From: Octopus sinensis
Lineage: Eukaryota
NCBI RefSeq assembly: GCF_006345805.1
Contig: NC_043009.1
Location: 29,450,001 to 29,514,000 of the forward strand
DNA length: 64,000 nt
Reading direction: 5' to 3'
Below the pieces are notes generated by a model that saw only the letters and a program-made list of their open reading frames with translations, was not told the origin of the DNA and ran no database searches. A program made the position numbers and the translations under genes. Below, piece after piece: positions 1 through 14,937 of the stretch; the stretch's first letter is position 1; each line of letters begins with the position of its first letter.

Positions 1-406
1 ATAGCCATCACTGGGTATTAAACCTGACCCCCTAAAATTCTCTCACGTATGCTAAATCACTAATTATATTTTTTAATGTTATTTCTCTTGAAATTTTAAA
101 CAAACAATGGCGCTGAGTGTTCACTTGAGAAGCAGCAAACAGCAACCAAAGCCACACTCGTTTGAAATCTTATTGAAATTGTGCATTCGGTACTTGTTTC
201 ACTTCCTTCATTAATAATGAGGTTTTGCATTGAATGTGGTAATATAGCCATTGTTTATAGATATTTCTTTGTAATTCTCCTACATGAAGCACTTGATAAA
301 TACTTCAGCGCCTCAACTTTCATTTTTGTTTTAATTACAAAACGGGAGCTTTCTGAATGCTTGATTACATTTTTAATTAGCAATACTGAAATATCAGCAA
401 CAATCA

Positions 407-515
407 CTCTCTCTTCTCTCTTCTCTCTCTCTCTTCTCTCTTCTCTCTCTCTCTTCTCTCTTCTCTCTCTCTCTTCTCTCTTCTCTCTCTCTCTCTTTCT
501 CTCTCTCCTCTTCTC
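407..515. repeat. (CT)/(CTT)-rich simple repeat
   Basis: Imperfect ctctctt array; accounts for the SL/ER-rich ORFs 181..702 and 255..542. Confidence 0.9.
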
Positions 516-1822
516 GTTGTTTTTCTCTTGTCTTTCTATCACTCATCGTGTTGCAGCTGAAGAATTCAATAGAAAACTTCCAACGCTAATGTGGTGGTGG
601 TTGAACGGTGAATGGCAAGATACAAGTGAATGTAATGAGGTTGAAGAAATGAATGCTGAAAGAGAAAAAAAAATGACCTATCATACTGGCCAATTCATAT
701 AAGATTTTAATTGCTACTGACCGAGTCTGCCCTTACCCAACAACCTCGAAACTACTAAATGAGTGAAATGCAAAAGTACATATTCTGATTTATAGAACAA
801 AATAGCAATATCTAAATATTGCTTATTTCGTTTTAATTTTTCTTAAGAAATGCTTTTTATACGAAACAATACAATATTGTCAGATTATTCATGCAGACTG
901 ACTCTGAGACTGGCACCTGTAACATAGCGTAGTTTCATATTCTTTGGCAGAACTAGATGAAAAATATTTGTTAATTATGTATGCATAAACATACATGCGT
1001 CCACACATACATGTACACATACACACACACATCATATATTTTATATATATTTTATCGGATGAATGTCTGTTCATTCTTAAATTGAAATACTTTCCTAAGG
1101 TTCCTAATGTCTTTTCTTCATACTTTGCTTTCGAATTATTTTATAAAATTCGTACAGGTATGAAAGCTTGTATTGAAATAATCAGTATATGACATAACTT
1201 ATTAAACAAAGTTCAACAAATTCATTCATATTTATGAAATTAAGGAGATCGAATGTTAAAATAAATTATAGTTTTCAGTTCTAATTTTGCTATACAATTG
1301 TTTCAGACAAATGGACTCAGATATTCATAAATATAAAATCGTAATTGTCATACTTGTAGTTAATAGAAAAACAAAAAAGAAGTTTAAAGTACATTAATAA
1401 CTCTCTTTTCTTGATTGCAAATACGTGATGACTATGCTTTCTGAAGGTATGTGCACACAGGACAGTTGTCTCAGTCCCTATACTAATCTATGTATTATGT
1501 GATTATGTCTGTAAGGCCCTCAGTACACTTCTTTCCTCGAAAGCCTATAATACTGTTCAGGCGGCTATGATTACTGCATGATGATATAACCCAATACTCT
1601 GCGGAGAAATATCTCTGTAAAATTGCTGAGGCTTTATGAGTTGATTTGAATTTCATATATGAGAAAGTTTACTCTCTGAGAGACTGCTGTCTTATCCAGG
1701 ATGTAAGCGGTTTCCCTTGTTTCTTTATCAGAAATCTTTATTATCACTGTTACCATTGATAGATTGATAGCATTCCAATATCGGAAAAGTGTCTTGTAAT
1801 AATTTTCCAGCCCCTTACATAC

Positions 1823-1862
1823 TAGTTTCACATTCTTTTGAAGTTACTTTACTTTCATCATC
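1823..1862 (-). CDS. Candidate 40-nt internal micro-exon (DDESKVTSKECET)
   Basis: Minus strand reads ttttcattttattgactccag|GATGATGAAAGT...GAAACTA|gtatgt; open in phase 0. No homology recognised. Confidence 0.3.
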
Positions 1863-2087
1863 CTGGAGTCAATAAAATGAAATACCAGTTAAATATTGCA
1901 GTCGATTTAACCCACAAATTTGCTCCTCCTCTAAGTGTCGTCAACGACTAAACCGGCATTCCCTCTAGGCTTACCTGGTAAGGAGGGTTGCTAGAAATCC
2001 AGCAGTCCTAAAAGCCAAACTTGTCAAAAGGAAAAAATGAACCTTGTGTAGGTTCCATGATTGTCTAGCAATAGCTAGATCGTTAAA

Positions 2088-2211
2088 TTTCGGGATCATT
2101 AAATTAAGTACCAGTTACGCACTGGGGTCGATGTAATCGACTTAATCCCTTTGTCTGTCCTTGTTTGTCCCCTCTATGTTTAACCCCTTGTGGGCAACAA
2201 AGAAATAAGAA
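2088..2211 (+). mobile_element. SINE family A, 3' half with tail type 1
   Basis: aaattaagtaccagttacgcactggggtcgatgtaatcgacttaatccc...gtgggcaacaaagaaataag matches the reverse complement of 49671-49800. Confidence 0.85.
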
Positions 2212-2531
2212 AAGAGAGTTATTGACTCTTTTAAAAATTCGAAGGCTAATGACACAATAAATTGTTGACGTCATGGGTGGAAGTCCACTAATACTATCTT
2301 TTAAAATCTCTTGTTATACACAAGAAGAACGGCAGGGGAGACTTAACTTCAGATTACAGACCTGATCCTAATTCTTGCAATAAAGTGGATTTTCGTTTAC
2401 AATACCCAAAGGTGGGTTAATATTAAAAACACTATTTATGTTGTCGTCGTCGCTGCAAGTCAGTATTTTAAAACATGTTAGCGTGCAGTATAAACCTGCA
2501 CAGTTTCACACCCAATCACATATACACCGAT

Positions 2532-2532
<1 letters not shown>

Positions 2533-2602
<70 letters not shown>
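2533..2602. repeat. (CA)n microsatellite
   Basis: Perfect CA run; source of the VCVC ORFs. Confidence 0.95.
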
Positions 2603-2608
<6 letters not shown>

Positions 2609-3077
2609 TTGCATGTAAATAGATACAGAAAACACATATACGTCTGTGTTTCGGTTTGTGCGTATGCTTGTGTGTGTTTGTACGTGTAGGCATGTATTTG
2701 CAAGTATTTGAAAATATATGCGTTGTTTGTGTATGGAAATATAAATTTTTTCCACCAAGGACATCTCGAAGGTAAAATGAAAACTTATACGAAATCTTTT
2801 TCGTTTTTTTCTCTCTATCACCAGGAATATTTGTATTCTGAGGAAGGCATCAGTAATAGAATATACACTTGATAATGTAATCCTATTATTTATATACTTA
2901 CATGCTTACACACGCACGTAAACACACACACACACAACCAACGAAAACTCATGCGTACATATATGTTGCATGTAAGAAGATATGTACAGCTATGAATAGA
3001 TATGTATGTATATAAATATATAAATTTATGTGCATACGTATATATAATATAATATATATATTATAATATATATATAG

Positions 3078-3116
<39 letters not shown>

Positions 3117-3213
3117 CCATATATATACGCATTTATATATTTATATATACATACAAACATACATATATGTGTGTGTGTCTCTTTCTCTATACATATTTAT
3201 ACACACACACACA

Positions 3214-3244
<31 letters not shown>

Positions 3245-5052
3245 GAAAAATAGGAAAGAAATATTACCATGTTATTTATTCCAAACAATATTCCTGCAGG
3301 CAAAGAAATGTTCTCAAAAATCAGAAAATGAAAATTGACTTGGTTTGGAGGTTGGCTGAAGGTAAAAATCATGATCTCAAACTGAAAAAAAGGGGAAAAA
3401 AAAGAAAAAAAATTAGGGAGGGGTGATTAGAAAATCTTTCTAAGTAAAAATCTACTCGTTGACTCAACGCTGACATTACATTTGAGTGGTCCCTGCAGGG
3501 ATGACTTATAATAAAATACCCTAAGGAAATAATATTTATATCTCCTAAGGAGATACTAAATTCTGCTGTATTTGATTTGGCGAGAAAAGTATACAGAATT
3601 TGAAATGGTGTGTTTGTCCTTTCATATCTTTTGGCAGTGTTTCTTTTTCCTTTTAGTAAATGTTTTTTTTTCCATTGCATGTTTGTATTTGTGCGGGAAA
3701 TAATATTTTTAACATGTAAGCCCCCAATTGAGAAAAGTGGTACTTATTTACTTCAAAGCTTTATTAAGAGTGAATCAGTCATTTCACTGTCTGGAAAGAA
3801 AAATAGGCAAACATACATGAAATTGAATTTGGAAAAGTTTGTGAAAACAATTTCTACTTTTATCAGAATTGTTGGTAAAGTTAAACATTTTATTATCTAA
3901 ATTATTGGAAATCAGAAAGTAGAATTGATAAATATGGGAGAATTTTTTGTTAGAATGTACAGGCTATGAAAGTTGAAATAATAGGCTGTAGCCAATAGCT
4001 TAATCATTCGCTGGTTTTACGTTTTTCTTTTATGCTACTACGAGTTAGACGTATAAAGAATATTGAGGCACTGTCGTACATGAGGTTGCTTTCCATAACG
4101 CTAACACACGTTTTTCAATTCAGAGTCCTTATTCAAGTCGACTTCGAAATTGTACTAAAATCACCCAATTTTGTGAGTGGGAAATGTCAACAAAATCACT
4201 GATCACAGTGATTTTTATGTAAAGCATAGGCTGCTAGCATTTACACAGACGCACACATATATACATGCACATCTATACATATACATAAGCGCATATCTCC
4301 ACACGTACATACTCGCACTTTTATATACATACGTCTATGATGATTGCTCCATCTTACATGTGATTGCTTTTCCTTGCGCTTCCTCGTTATTAATAGCACC
4401 TCTGACTTTCAGTCTCTGTCCTATCAGATGGCTATTTAATCTCGTTGCAGGTCTTCATGGTATCAAGCATACGTGAAAGAAGAAAATTGTAACTTATTGA
4501 GCACTTCCAACTGATTAGGTCTACATACATCGCCACTCTTCCATTGCCATAGGACTTTCGGCGGATGGGAGGACAAGGGAGGTCACCATAACCACACACT
4601 TTTACAGCATTGGATTACTATGATAAACGCACACACACCAAGAGTACCATTCGCTGAACCGCCTTGATTAATGCCTAGTGACAGGTTGAAAAGAGAGATG
4701 ATCAGTAATCATGTAGATTTTACATCCGAGTGTCTTTTTCCATGATGGACGCTGTGACAACGGCTAAGGGTCCACCACTCCTGGTAGTTTTATTGCACTC
4801 CCCGACACTAACCAATGGTATTTCTGTGTATATGTGTACATACATAGAGGTGTTAAGTCTTAATGCGTGACTTATGAGGCAAATATAATTTTCTCTAGTG
4901 TTGGATTAATCCATACCTTGTGAATAAAATTAGGCTGCTAGAAATTGTTCAGAAATGCGTCTGAAGGATTTAATTGTATTTCAGAAGCACATAGCTTATA
5001 ACAACAAAAAAATGATAACAAATTTTTAACAATGAATGGATAAGAATAGGCA

Positions 5053-5480
5053 AAAGTAAATGATTTCATATATGGGGGCTCGCGGGTTGTTACAAGTGAG
5101 AAAGACTTTAAAATTCGCATCCCTAAAGCATAGTCATCTCTGTCAAAGATGGAAACAATTTGGAAATCAAATATAAAGCGACACTTTAATAACAATAGAA
5201 ACCATGCTCTTAAACGACTGCTCTATATATTTTTGGAAGGAAAATTAGATATACTAGACTTCTGTGAGCAGTGCTTAATATTAAATGACAATTCCATACA
5301 AGATAGTTTCTTTAAGGCAATTGTCAGAGAGTTACCCCCAGAATAAGGGGGAAAAAGAATGACACTCCATGGAGACTATTTTCATAGCCAGACTAGTTGC
5401 GAATTAAATACGAATGTGGGAACCAGCATATGGAAAGCGACTAAAGAGTCCTCGTATGAAGACATTCATACACCAATGGG
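5053..5480 (+). mobile_element. Degenerate RTE-clade LINE, RT C-terminal fragment
   Basis: Translates KVNDFIYGGSRVVTSEKDFKIRIPKA*SSLSKMETIWKSNIK...MWEPAYGKR, resembling RTE motifs F.YLGS...EKD..IR...A...M..IWKS and WEP..GK. Has stops/frameshifts and is followed by a (TATG)n tail. Confidence 0.7.
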
Positions 5481-5494
5481 TGTATGGAGATTAT

Positions 5495-6566
<1,072 letters not shown>

Positions 6567-7212
6567 GTTCGTATATGTATTTGGTTTGCAAGATTCTTGA
6601 TGTCAATTCGTGTGTTGAAAGAAATACTGCTGAATATTGGGAAGAGCATTATGCCGGTAATAAATTCAACAGAAATGGAAGTAGAGAGACGTGTCATTGA
6701 AGAGATTGCAACAATGCGATAACATAATTATTTGACAAAAAAAAAAAAAAAATGAGAACACTAACAACACCGAAGATTTGAACGATTATCTGTTTGACCA
6801 AAGAGTTTAACATATGAGTTTGAAAATCTAGTAAAAAACGGGTGATCGATAAATTGGTTAACGGAGTAATTAGCCCATTAACTAACAATAATAACAAAGG
6901 ACCGAACCAGTGCGCGTGTTTATTATTACCGGCATGATGGCCATTCCAAGATTCAATAGTGAGCGTCCAATAATACTATATTTGTTCCACGTCCTCGCGT
7001 TGAGTTTTTTGTGTTTTCTTGTTTGGATTAACTATATATATATATATTATATATTGATTGAATACTCAGTCACAAATCCATTCCCAATGCATTAATTGGT
7101 TCGAGGCTAGAGCATAAGGTGTATATAGATACAGTAATGGTAGTCTAGAGTATGTAGAAGCTGGAGAGAAACAATCTAGAGTGTGTAGATGTTGACAAGT
7201 TTGACCAGTATG

Positions 7213-7429
7213 AAGGCGGCAAGGTGGCAGAAACGTCAGCACGCTGGGCGACATGATTAGCTGTATTTCGTCTGCTGCTACGTTCTGAGTTCAAATTCCG
7301 CTGAGGTCGACTTTACCTTTCATCATTTCGGGTTTGATAAAATAAGTACCAGTTGCATACTAAGGTCGATCTAATCGACTGGCCTCCTCCCATAAAGTTT
7401 TGGAACGTGTGCCTAGAGTTGAAAAGAAT
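7213..7429 (+). mobile_element. SINE family A, full length, tail type 2
   Basis: tRNA-like head with B-box gagttcaaattcc, central gtcgactttacctttcatcatttcggg...aagtacc, tail agagttgaaaagaatt. Degraded TSD tttgaccagtatg / tttgaccaatacg. Confidence 0.85.
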
Positions 7430-7499
7430 TTTGACCAATACGTGTAGATGTTTGCTAGACAGAACATAATGTACAGTTGTTAACATATTGTGGTGATAG

Positions 7500-7800
7500 T
7501 GGAGCAGGTCGTGGTGGTGATGGTGTTGATGATAAGTGGTAATGATTCTGGGAATAGTGATGATGGAGGTTATGGCAGTGGTAGTGGTGGTGGCGGCGGT
7601 GGCGGTGGTGATGGCGATGCTCTTGGCTATCGTGTTGCAGCTGCTGACGAAGTTAATGGTTATTGTGATGATAATAATGGTAGTGAGGATGACGACGACG
7701 ACGACGACGACGACGACGCTGACAGTGATGGCAGTGCTGCTGCTGCAACTGCCACTGCTGCCGCTGCTGTTGTTGATGTTGATAACGACGATGAAGCCAA
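7500..7800. repeat. Mosaic trinucleotide low-complexity tract (GGT/GAT/GAC/GCT)
   Basis: Direct; homopolymeric ORFs in multiple frames on both strands. Confidence 0.9.
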
Positions 7801-8282
7801 ATGAAAGAAAATAATAAATAGTAAACAAACAAACAAACACACAAATAAAAAGAAAAAGTAAAAGATATCGGTTCAGAAAAGTTTACAAAGAATATGGTTC
7901 TGTAATTAGAATTCTTGAACTCATTGAATTACATTGGAAGGAATCTCATGCAACCGAACGAGAGTTGAGGTCAGATAATCTTCATAGCTTTTCATTCGCT
8001 ATTTCTATATATTGCTGATAGTGTTTTCGTTATTTTTTATTTCATGTTGCAGGAAAGTATTTTTCTGCCTTCATTTTTATCTTTTACTGTTCTTCCTGTT
8101 ACTCGTCAGAAAAAAAAAAATATATATATTAGTGAACTACAACACCCATGCCAATGAACTGAATCGAAAAAAATATATTTGTGTGTGTGTCTGTGTATGC
8201 ATAAGTATATATATGTGTGTTTATGTATAAGCATTTCTATACAGCCGCACACACATATATACATATACATTTACGTATGTGT

Positions 8283-8344
<62 letters not shown>

Positions 8345-9128
8345 TGTGTGTGTGTGAATGAATTGGAAATAATTAACAAAGAGGTTGTTAGACAGGTAAA
8401 ACAGAAGCGATGACATTTCTGCTATTACCAATGAACTTACTGACTCCACACATCATAAAAGAGGAGAAAATAAATGAATTTATATAAATAAAATATAAGT
8501 AACATTCTACAGAAGCATCTCGGCATTTTTTTTTTGTGTGTGGCATCTTTTAGTGTCATTCGAAGACAATTCCAAAAGAAATATCTACTACTTAGCTTCG
8601 TATTGATTTCAATGGCAATGTTTAAAACAATGCGTTATTATTGATCTGCACGGTTTTGTTAGGTTGTGATCCAAGTAACAATTCGTGCTACTTTACTATG
8701 CTTCTTTTAATTTGCTTCATTTTCCTATTTTAAAATCTTTAAATCTTAAGGCTAAACAACAATTTTGAATAACCTTAAATATCAACTATATAAACTAAAG
8801 TGATCGTGCGGGTGTTGGTTCACATTCGCAAAGTCTTATACCAGGATTACATTAACGCGTTTTGTTCTTCAGCAAGGTAATTCATTTCATAATGCACACG
8901 CTTACACAAGTGTGAAGATGTTCCACTGATTACTAATGCAGGACTGGATCATACTGCCTAGTTGTTACATCGTTGGTATTCTAGAGAGTCCAAAGCTGAG
9001 AAGGCTGAGAGCTTGCACACGGTTACATTGGTCCTTCCTGAATCAATTAGCGAAAGCTACGTACCTACTACCAAGTCGTACTTATTTGCTTGTGACAGAT
9101 TTTTGAATAAAATATAAACTGACAAAAC

Positions 9129-9129
<1 letters not shown>

Positions 9130-9218
<89 letters not shown>
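9130..9218. repeat. (TATC)n microsatellite
   Basis: Direct. Confidence 0.95.
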
Positions 9219-11082
9219 TAGCTGTCTGTCTGTCCATCAGTCTGTCTGTCTATCTACATACGTACACAATGCTTAACTACCTGCCTGTCTGTCTGCCTGA
9301 CTGCCTCCCTGTCTGTCTGTCTATCTATTTCAAAATTTATCTCTCTCTCGCCCTGTGTGTGTGTGTGTGTGGTTACGCGAAGTTTTCCTTGTGGCTACCT
9401 TCACATCCAGTCTGCCACCTTTTGTAACCGCTCACCTGTTTTATGAACCTGTTGCCCTGTCATGCCTGTAGCCCTAGTAACTATGAAACAAAGTGTTTTC
9501 ATTTTTGCGTTTTTCTCTGAATCAGTTTCAAAAATTCTTATTTTTCACTTCATTGATTAGTGTTCTTGACCAACAACTTTACTGGACAAATTCTCGACTA
9601 TAGTCACCAGAACTTCATGTATTCTAAGCATTCTGACCCCAATGACATTTGTGACCACAATCTCAAACTATATTGAATGTAAACGCAACTATTCTGATCA
9701 AAACCTCCGCTATACTGACCGCAACATCTTCTTTACTAGCCACAGCCACAACGATGCAACCCACATCCATAAAAATGTCCATAATAGAAGCACATATTTG
9801 CTCTTAAGGTATTTGATAACATCTCACCTGCAATTAACATGTATTTTATTATGTAAACGTTGAATTTGAACATGTTGAGCTAAAAGGATCTATTAAAATT
9901 TCAATTAAAAGTGTTTTTGTAATGTTAAAAAAATGAAATTAATTGCGAAATAGTTATTTTCCTAAACACTTGAAAATTCTTGGTTATTTTCAAATTGATT
10001 GAGATAGAGAATTAATTAAGAATATAGCCTCGAAAGGGTTTTAGCAAAATGTATAACTGTTTTATTTTAATGCAACTTGAATGCCCATTGAATTGAAGAA
10101 TTATTTGTGATTAGTAGTAAATGTGAAATTAATCAGAGATTTCTTTCTGGGAATCACAAGAAATGTTGCTGTGGTGGTAATCTTTCTGCAGAGAAAATGG
10201 TTCCTAACTCTCTGCCCACGGACAGCGAAATTCTATTGTACCTTTTGATGGCCCACATGCTCACCATGCCATGCTACATCCAACAGTACATACACACTCT
10301 TGGCTACGTTTATTTACTTTGAACGAACAGGAATATAGAATGTAGAGGGGTCGCCTTACTGTTGCTGTATGCAAGGCAACTCATCTAGAGCAGCTGCCAT
10401 GAACGAATTCTTCATTTTTTATGGCAGATAAAAGAAAAAGAAAAAACGAAAAAATCAATATAGGGCGTAGAAGAGTCGTTAGTCTTGTAGAGGATGTGAC
10501 TGATTTAGTGCCTGTTTAATATACAGCGGTAGATTAAAAAAGATGTTGATGAGAAGAAGGCGTCCCGAATGAAGAAAACATTCTAAAAAGGGAATGATTG
10601 AGTGAAACATGGAATTTGGTCAATGCAGGAAAGTAGAGGTTCTGTACGAGAAGCCACACCAACAATAACGACCTCCAAAACCCATGGCCGTATAGAAAGT
10701 GAATATAAGATGTTGGTATGTAGATGAGGGCGACGATGATGATCAGTATCCATCAATCCATCCATAATACATACATACATACATGCATATATATGTATAC
10801 ATACACATACATAAGCACTCGGGAAAACATATATAGTCATCACTATATTTTTATGTCGAATTTTCTAAATTAGCATATGTTTATCATATTTTCCAACTCG
10901 GTATCTTGCAGTCGGGTGAGTTTCCTGTCACCCATCCTTTTAGTCACCTCTTACGATAGACAGGGAGAGGAAGTACTTATACTCCAAACTGCATGCACGA
11001 AATTGCATATACATATATGTGTGTGTGGTGGGGTGTAAGATACTTCCAAGTGCACTAATTACTATTACTCCTTCTTGTAAAG

Positions 11083-11250
11083 ACTCCAGATGAAATGTCG
11101 ATGGAATTGACTAGTGAAGGACACGTTGGGGAAAATTTTGAAATTAAAGAATCTGAGTCATTTGTTACAGGAAAAGGTCTTTCTACTGAAAATGCTTCGC
11201 CGGGGAATCATTCTAATGCAAAAACTCTAAAAGATAATGAAATTTTGCAG
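11083..11250 (+). CDS. Candidate 168-nt exon encoding an acidic/Ser-rich peptide (TPDEMSMELTSEGHVGENFEIKESES...DNEILQ)
   Basis: ctccttcttgtaaag acceptor, gcag|gtaatc donor, open phase 0-0 in non-repetitive sequence. No homology recognised. Confidence 0.3.
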
Positions 11251-11353
11251 GTAATCGATCCAATTTCTGCCGAGGAAAGTGTAACGAAAGGAAAATTCGA
11301 AGGAATGAAAAAAATATAATTACTAATGTTATGTGATTTTTGAAAAAAAAAAG

Positions 11354-11388
<35 letters not shown>

Positions 11389-11792
11389 TGAGAAACAAAG
11401 AAAAATGTTAATTCAGGTTAGAAGGAAAAGTAATGAAAGTAGAAAGACTGTTGTGTTGAAAAAAAATCTCAAAGGAGAAAGTGTTGTGGCGGAGGCCCCC
11501 AGGTGAGAAGTGGGGTAATTAATAGTGGACTGGCACAGTGAATAATATCAGTCAGCGAGGAACGCTGTTCGGGCCAGTCCAGCAGAGAGAATGAAATACG
11601 TCGTCATCATGCGACACATAACACACACATGTTCATATTTAGCAGGAGCAACAGAGTAATTCAAGGCCCAAAAGTTTCGTGCACATATGCCAAGGTTCGA
11701 GACTTGAGTTACTGTGTTGTTTCTGCTAAATATTAATGAAAATATGCATATACTCATATTTTGAGCTCTATTTTTTCTGTTGCACTACCATA

Positions 11793-11842
<50 letters not shown>

Positions 11843-12454
11843 TAGATAGATAGATATAACATACATATGTATACATGTATTATGCAAACACACACACATA
11901 TATATATATATACAGATACATGGCATAAAAATAAGAATGGTGAATTATACATACTCAAAAAACCGCTTACTAGAATATTATTACCTTTTGTTCAACACGT
12001 GTTTCTATCGCACAGATACTCAAAGATGTGGAATGCAGTTGCATCCTTTTGGTTCAATCGTGTTATAAGTTCATGCAAGATATACGTGGTGCTTTATTCA
12101 ATGTATTATCTCCGTGTGTGTTTTTTGAAGATCTCTGAGGAGTTCTGTGTTTTTATAGTCTTTTCCTGGGTATAATTCATGTGGGGATGTGTGCGTTTAG
12201 TGTAGAATATATATATCTTACATATCATATTATAGTGAATGTATACACACATATCATATCTATCTATCTATCTATCCATCTATCCATCTATCTCTCTATC
12301 TGTCTATCTATTTTTCTATCTATCTATTTTTCTATCTATCCATATATCTTTCTATCTCTATTCATCTATCTATATATTGTCTCAGTGACATAGTAATGGA
12401 AGAGGAAATGCGTATATATATGTATACATCACTAGATAGATATATTTATGTGGG

Positions 12455-12544
12455 TATATATATATATATATAATATATTGGGTATATATATATATATATA
12501 TATATATTTATGTTTATGTATATATGTAGTTATATATATAATAT

Positions 12545-12643
<99 letters not shown>

Positions 12644-12659
12644 TATATATATATATATA

Positions 12660-12753
<94 letters not shown>

Positions 12754-12877
12754 TATATATAATATATATATAATACATATATATATATATACATACATAT
12801 ATATATATATATATATCATATATATATATATAATATATATATATACATACATATATATATACATACATATATATATA

Positions 12878-12912
<35 letters not shown>

Positions 12913-13090
12913 CATATATATATATACATACATATATATAATATATATATATATATACATACATATATATATATATACATATATATATATATCATACATA
13001 TATATATATATATCCATATATATATATATTATATATATATATATATATATAATATATATATCTATATATATATATATAATATATATATAT
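12455..13090. repeat. ~0.63 kb imperfect (TA)n tract
   Basis: Direct. Confidence 0.95.
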
Positions 13091-14069
13091 TTAACATAAC
13101 TTGCATACATAGCAATTGTGCTTAGTAATTTTAATCCAACTGACTGAAGCTAAATGGATGTAAAATGGAAACTAACATTTTGTGTGTGATACTTGTTGTG
13201 TAGCCATAACTTTCACAGTTTGACATCTCGTTAAGTAGTGGAGAAATTAAGTTGAATGCCGAACACATTCATCACCATTTACGGAACTGAATTCAAGGAA
13301 AACATGTTTTATTATTTTACGCTGCCAAAGTAGTAATTTACACACTCCGCAATTTTGTTCGTTGCAAATTTGTCTAATCTAATCTGCTCATATATCCAGG
13401 TAAAGCTATCTCTCCCAGAACACCCAGGAAGTAGAAATTATCAGGATGGTAAACAGCGGAATGAAAATATTGATTTTTGTTTTAGACACATGCCTGACGA
13501 AGAAGCATAGTGTTTATAATAAAACAGATAATGGTAATTGTGACATAGATGGCTCTCAGGAGGTCATTAAGGATATAATTGAAATAGTTTGTAATTGGTA
13601 CGATAAAAATCTAGGTTGAATTCTCAGCTCACTGACAACTTATTTCTGTATTATGGTGTCCTTGGGTTATAGAATGAATACAGAACGAAGTAGCGATGTC
13701 ATTACAATATGGGACTGAATTCCTGGAGGTATTTGTTCTAATTCAAATTCGAATAATGTTAAGTTTGTTTTGTCATCATATTAGAGATGTATAAACTACG
13801 AATCAAATCCTAGAATAGATTCTTCTTCTTTCTTGTTTGAAACCGTCAAGATTGTATCCTGTAAAACGCACCTGAATGAAAGACAGTGGTAAATCGCTTT
13901 AGCATTCTAGAAAGAAAATTACGTAAAAAGCACATATTACTTGTTATAGAAGACAGTAGGGATCGCTGATGGTGTAAAAATAAAAGGAAGAAATATTTTG
14001 GTATAATAATAATGTCGTTGAAAATTACCATTTATCGTTTACCAGCATTGTTACATTTACTATTTACCG

Positions 14070-14475
14070 AAGGCAGCGAGGTGGCAGATTCGTTAGCACC
14101 ACTGGACAGAATACAAAATGTTTAGCGGCATTTCTTCCATCTTTATGTTGTGAGTTCCAATTCTGCCGAGTTTGAATTTGCTTTTCATTCTTTCAGAGTC
14201 GATGAAATAAGTACCAGTTGAAGATTTGGGTCGATGTCATTTCCAGACCGACTTCCCCAAATTTTAGGCTTTGTTCCTACGCCAGAAAGGATGATTACAA
14301 TTACCAATGGATGTTGATTTACCTGAATCATTATTGCATTAAAAAATCTCTTGTAATATGTATTCTGGCTTTTTACGTTCTGAGTTCAAATCATGTTGAG
14401 GTCGCCTTTGCCTTTTAGCCTTTCGGTATCAATAATTGATTAAAGAACTAGTCAGGTTCCAAAATTGATGTAATC
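14070..14475 (+). mobile_element. Two degenerate SINE family A copies (14070-14296 near full; 14360-14475 partial)
   Basis: aggcagcgaggtggcagattcgttagc head, gatgaaataagtaccag centre; second copy has ttacgttctgagttcaaatc. Confidence 0.75.
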
Positions 14476-14587
14476 TTCTAAATTTGAGAACTATTGTTAA
14501 CGAGGACTTGTGCTTGTCATTACACTCATACCATGTATAAGCATTATCCCTTCATTATCGCATCAACTTCTATCATAGATTACTTAC

Positions 14588-14676
14588 CGCTATAATTATA
14601 AGCAGGGACAGTGTATAAACGAAAACTTCTTTATCTTGTATTGTACTGTAGAGCGCCTGTCTCTCACTTTTGAAAT
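14588..14676 (-). CDS. Candidate 89-nt exon (xFKSERQALYSTIQDKEVFVYTLSLLIIIA)
   Basis: caatctgttacag acceptor, gcg|gtaagt donor; open only in phase 1->0. No homology recognised. Confidence 0.3.
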
Positions 14677-14826
14677 CTGTAACAGATTGCTAATATATTC
14701 AAATGATTTTTCCAGCAATACATATCAACACAAATAATAGGAACAACAATACATTCAACGAATTGCGATAGATAACGGCGAAGAAATTGCATACAAAAGA
14801 TTTGTAAAATATCATATCATATCATA

Positions 14827-14937
<111 letters not shown>

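Noticed and set aside
7313-7844. Poly-D/G/T/V/Q ORFs suggesting a low-complexity protein (also 16.6-16.9, 31.3 and 49.5 kb)
   Set aside because: Trinucleotide mosaics open in most frames on both strands, with no unique coding flanks.
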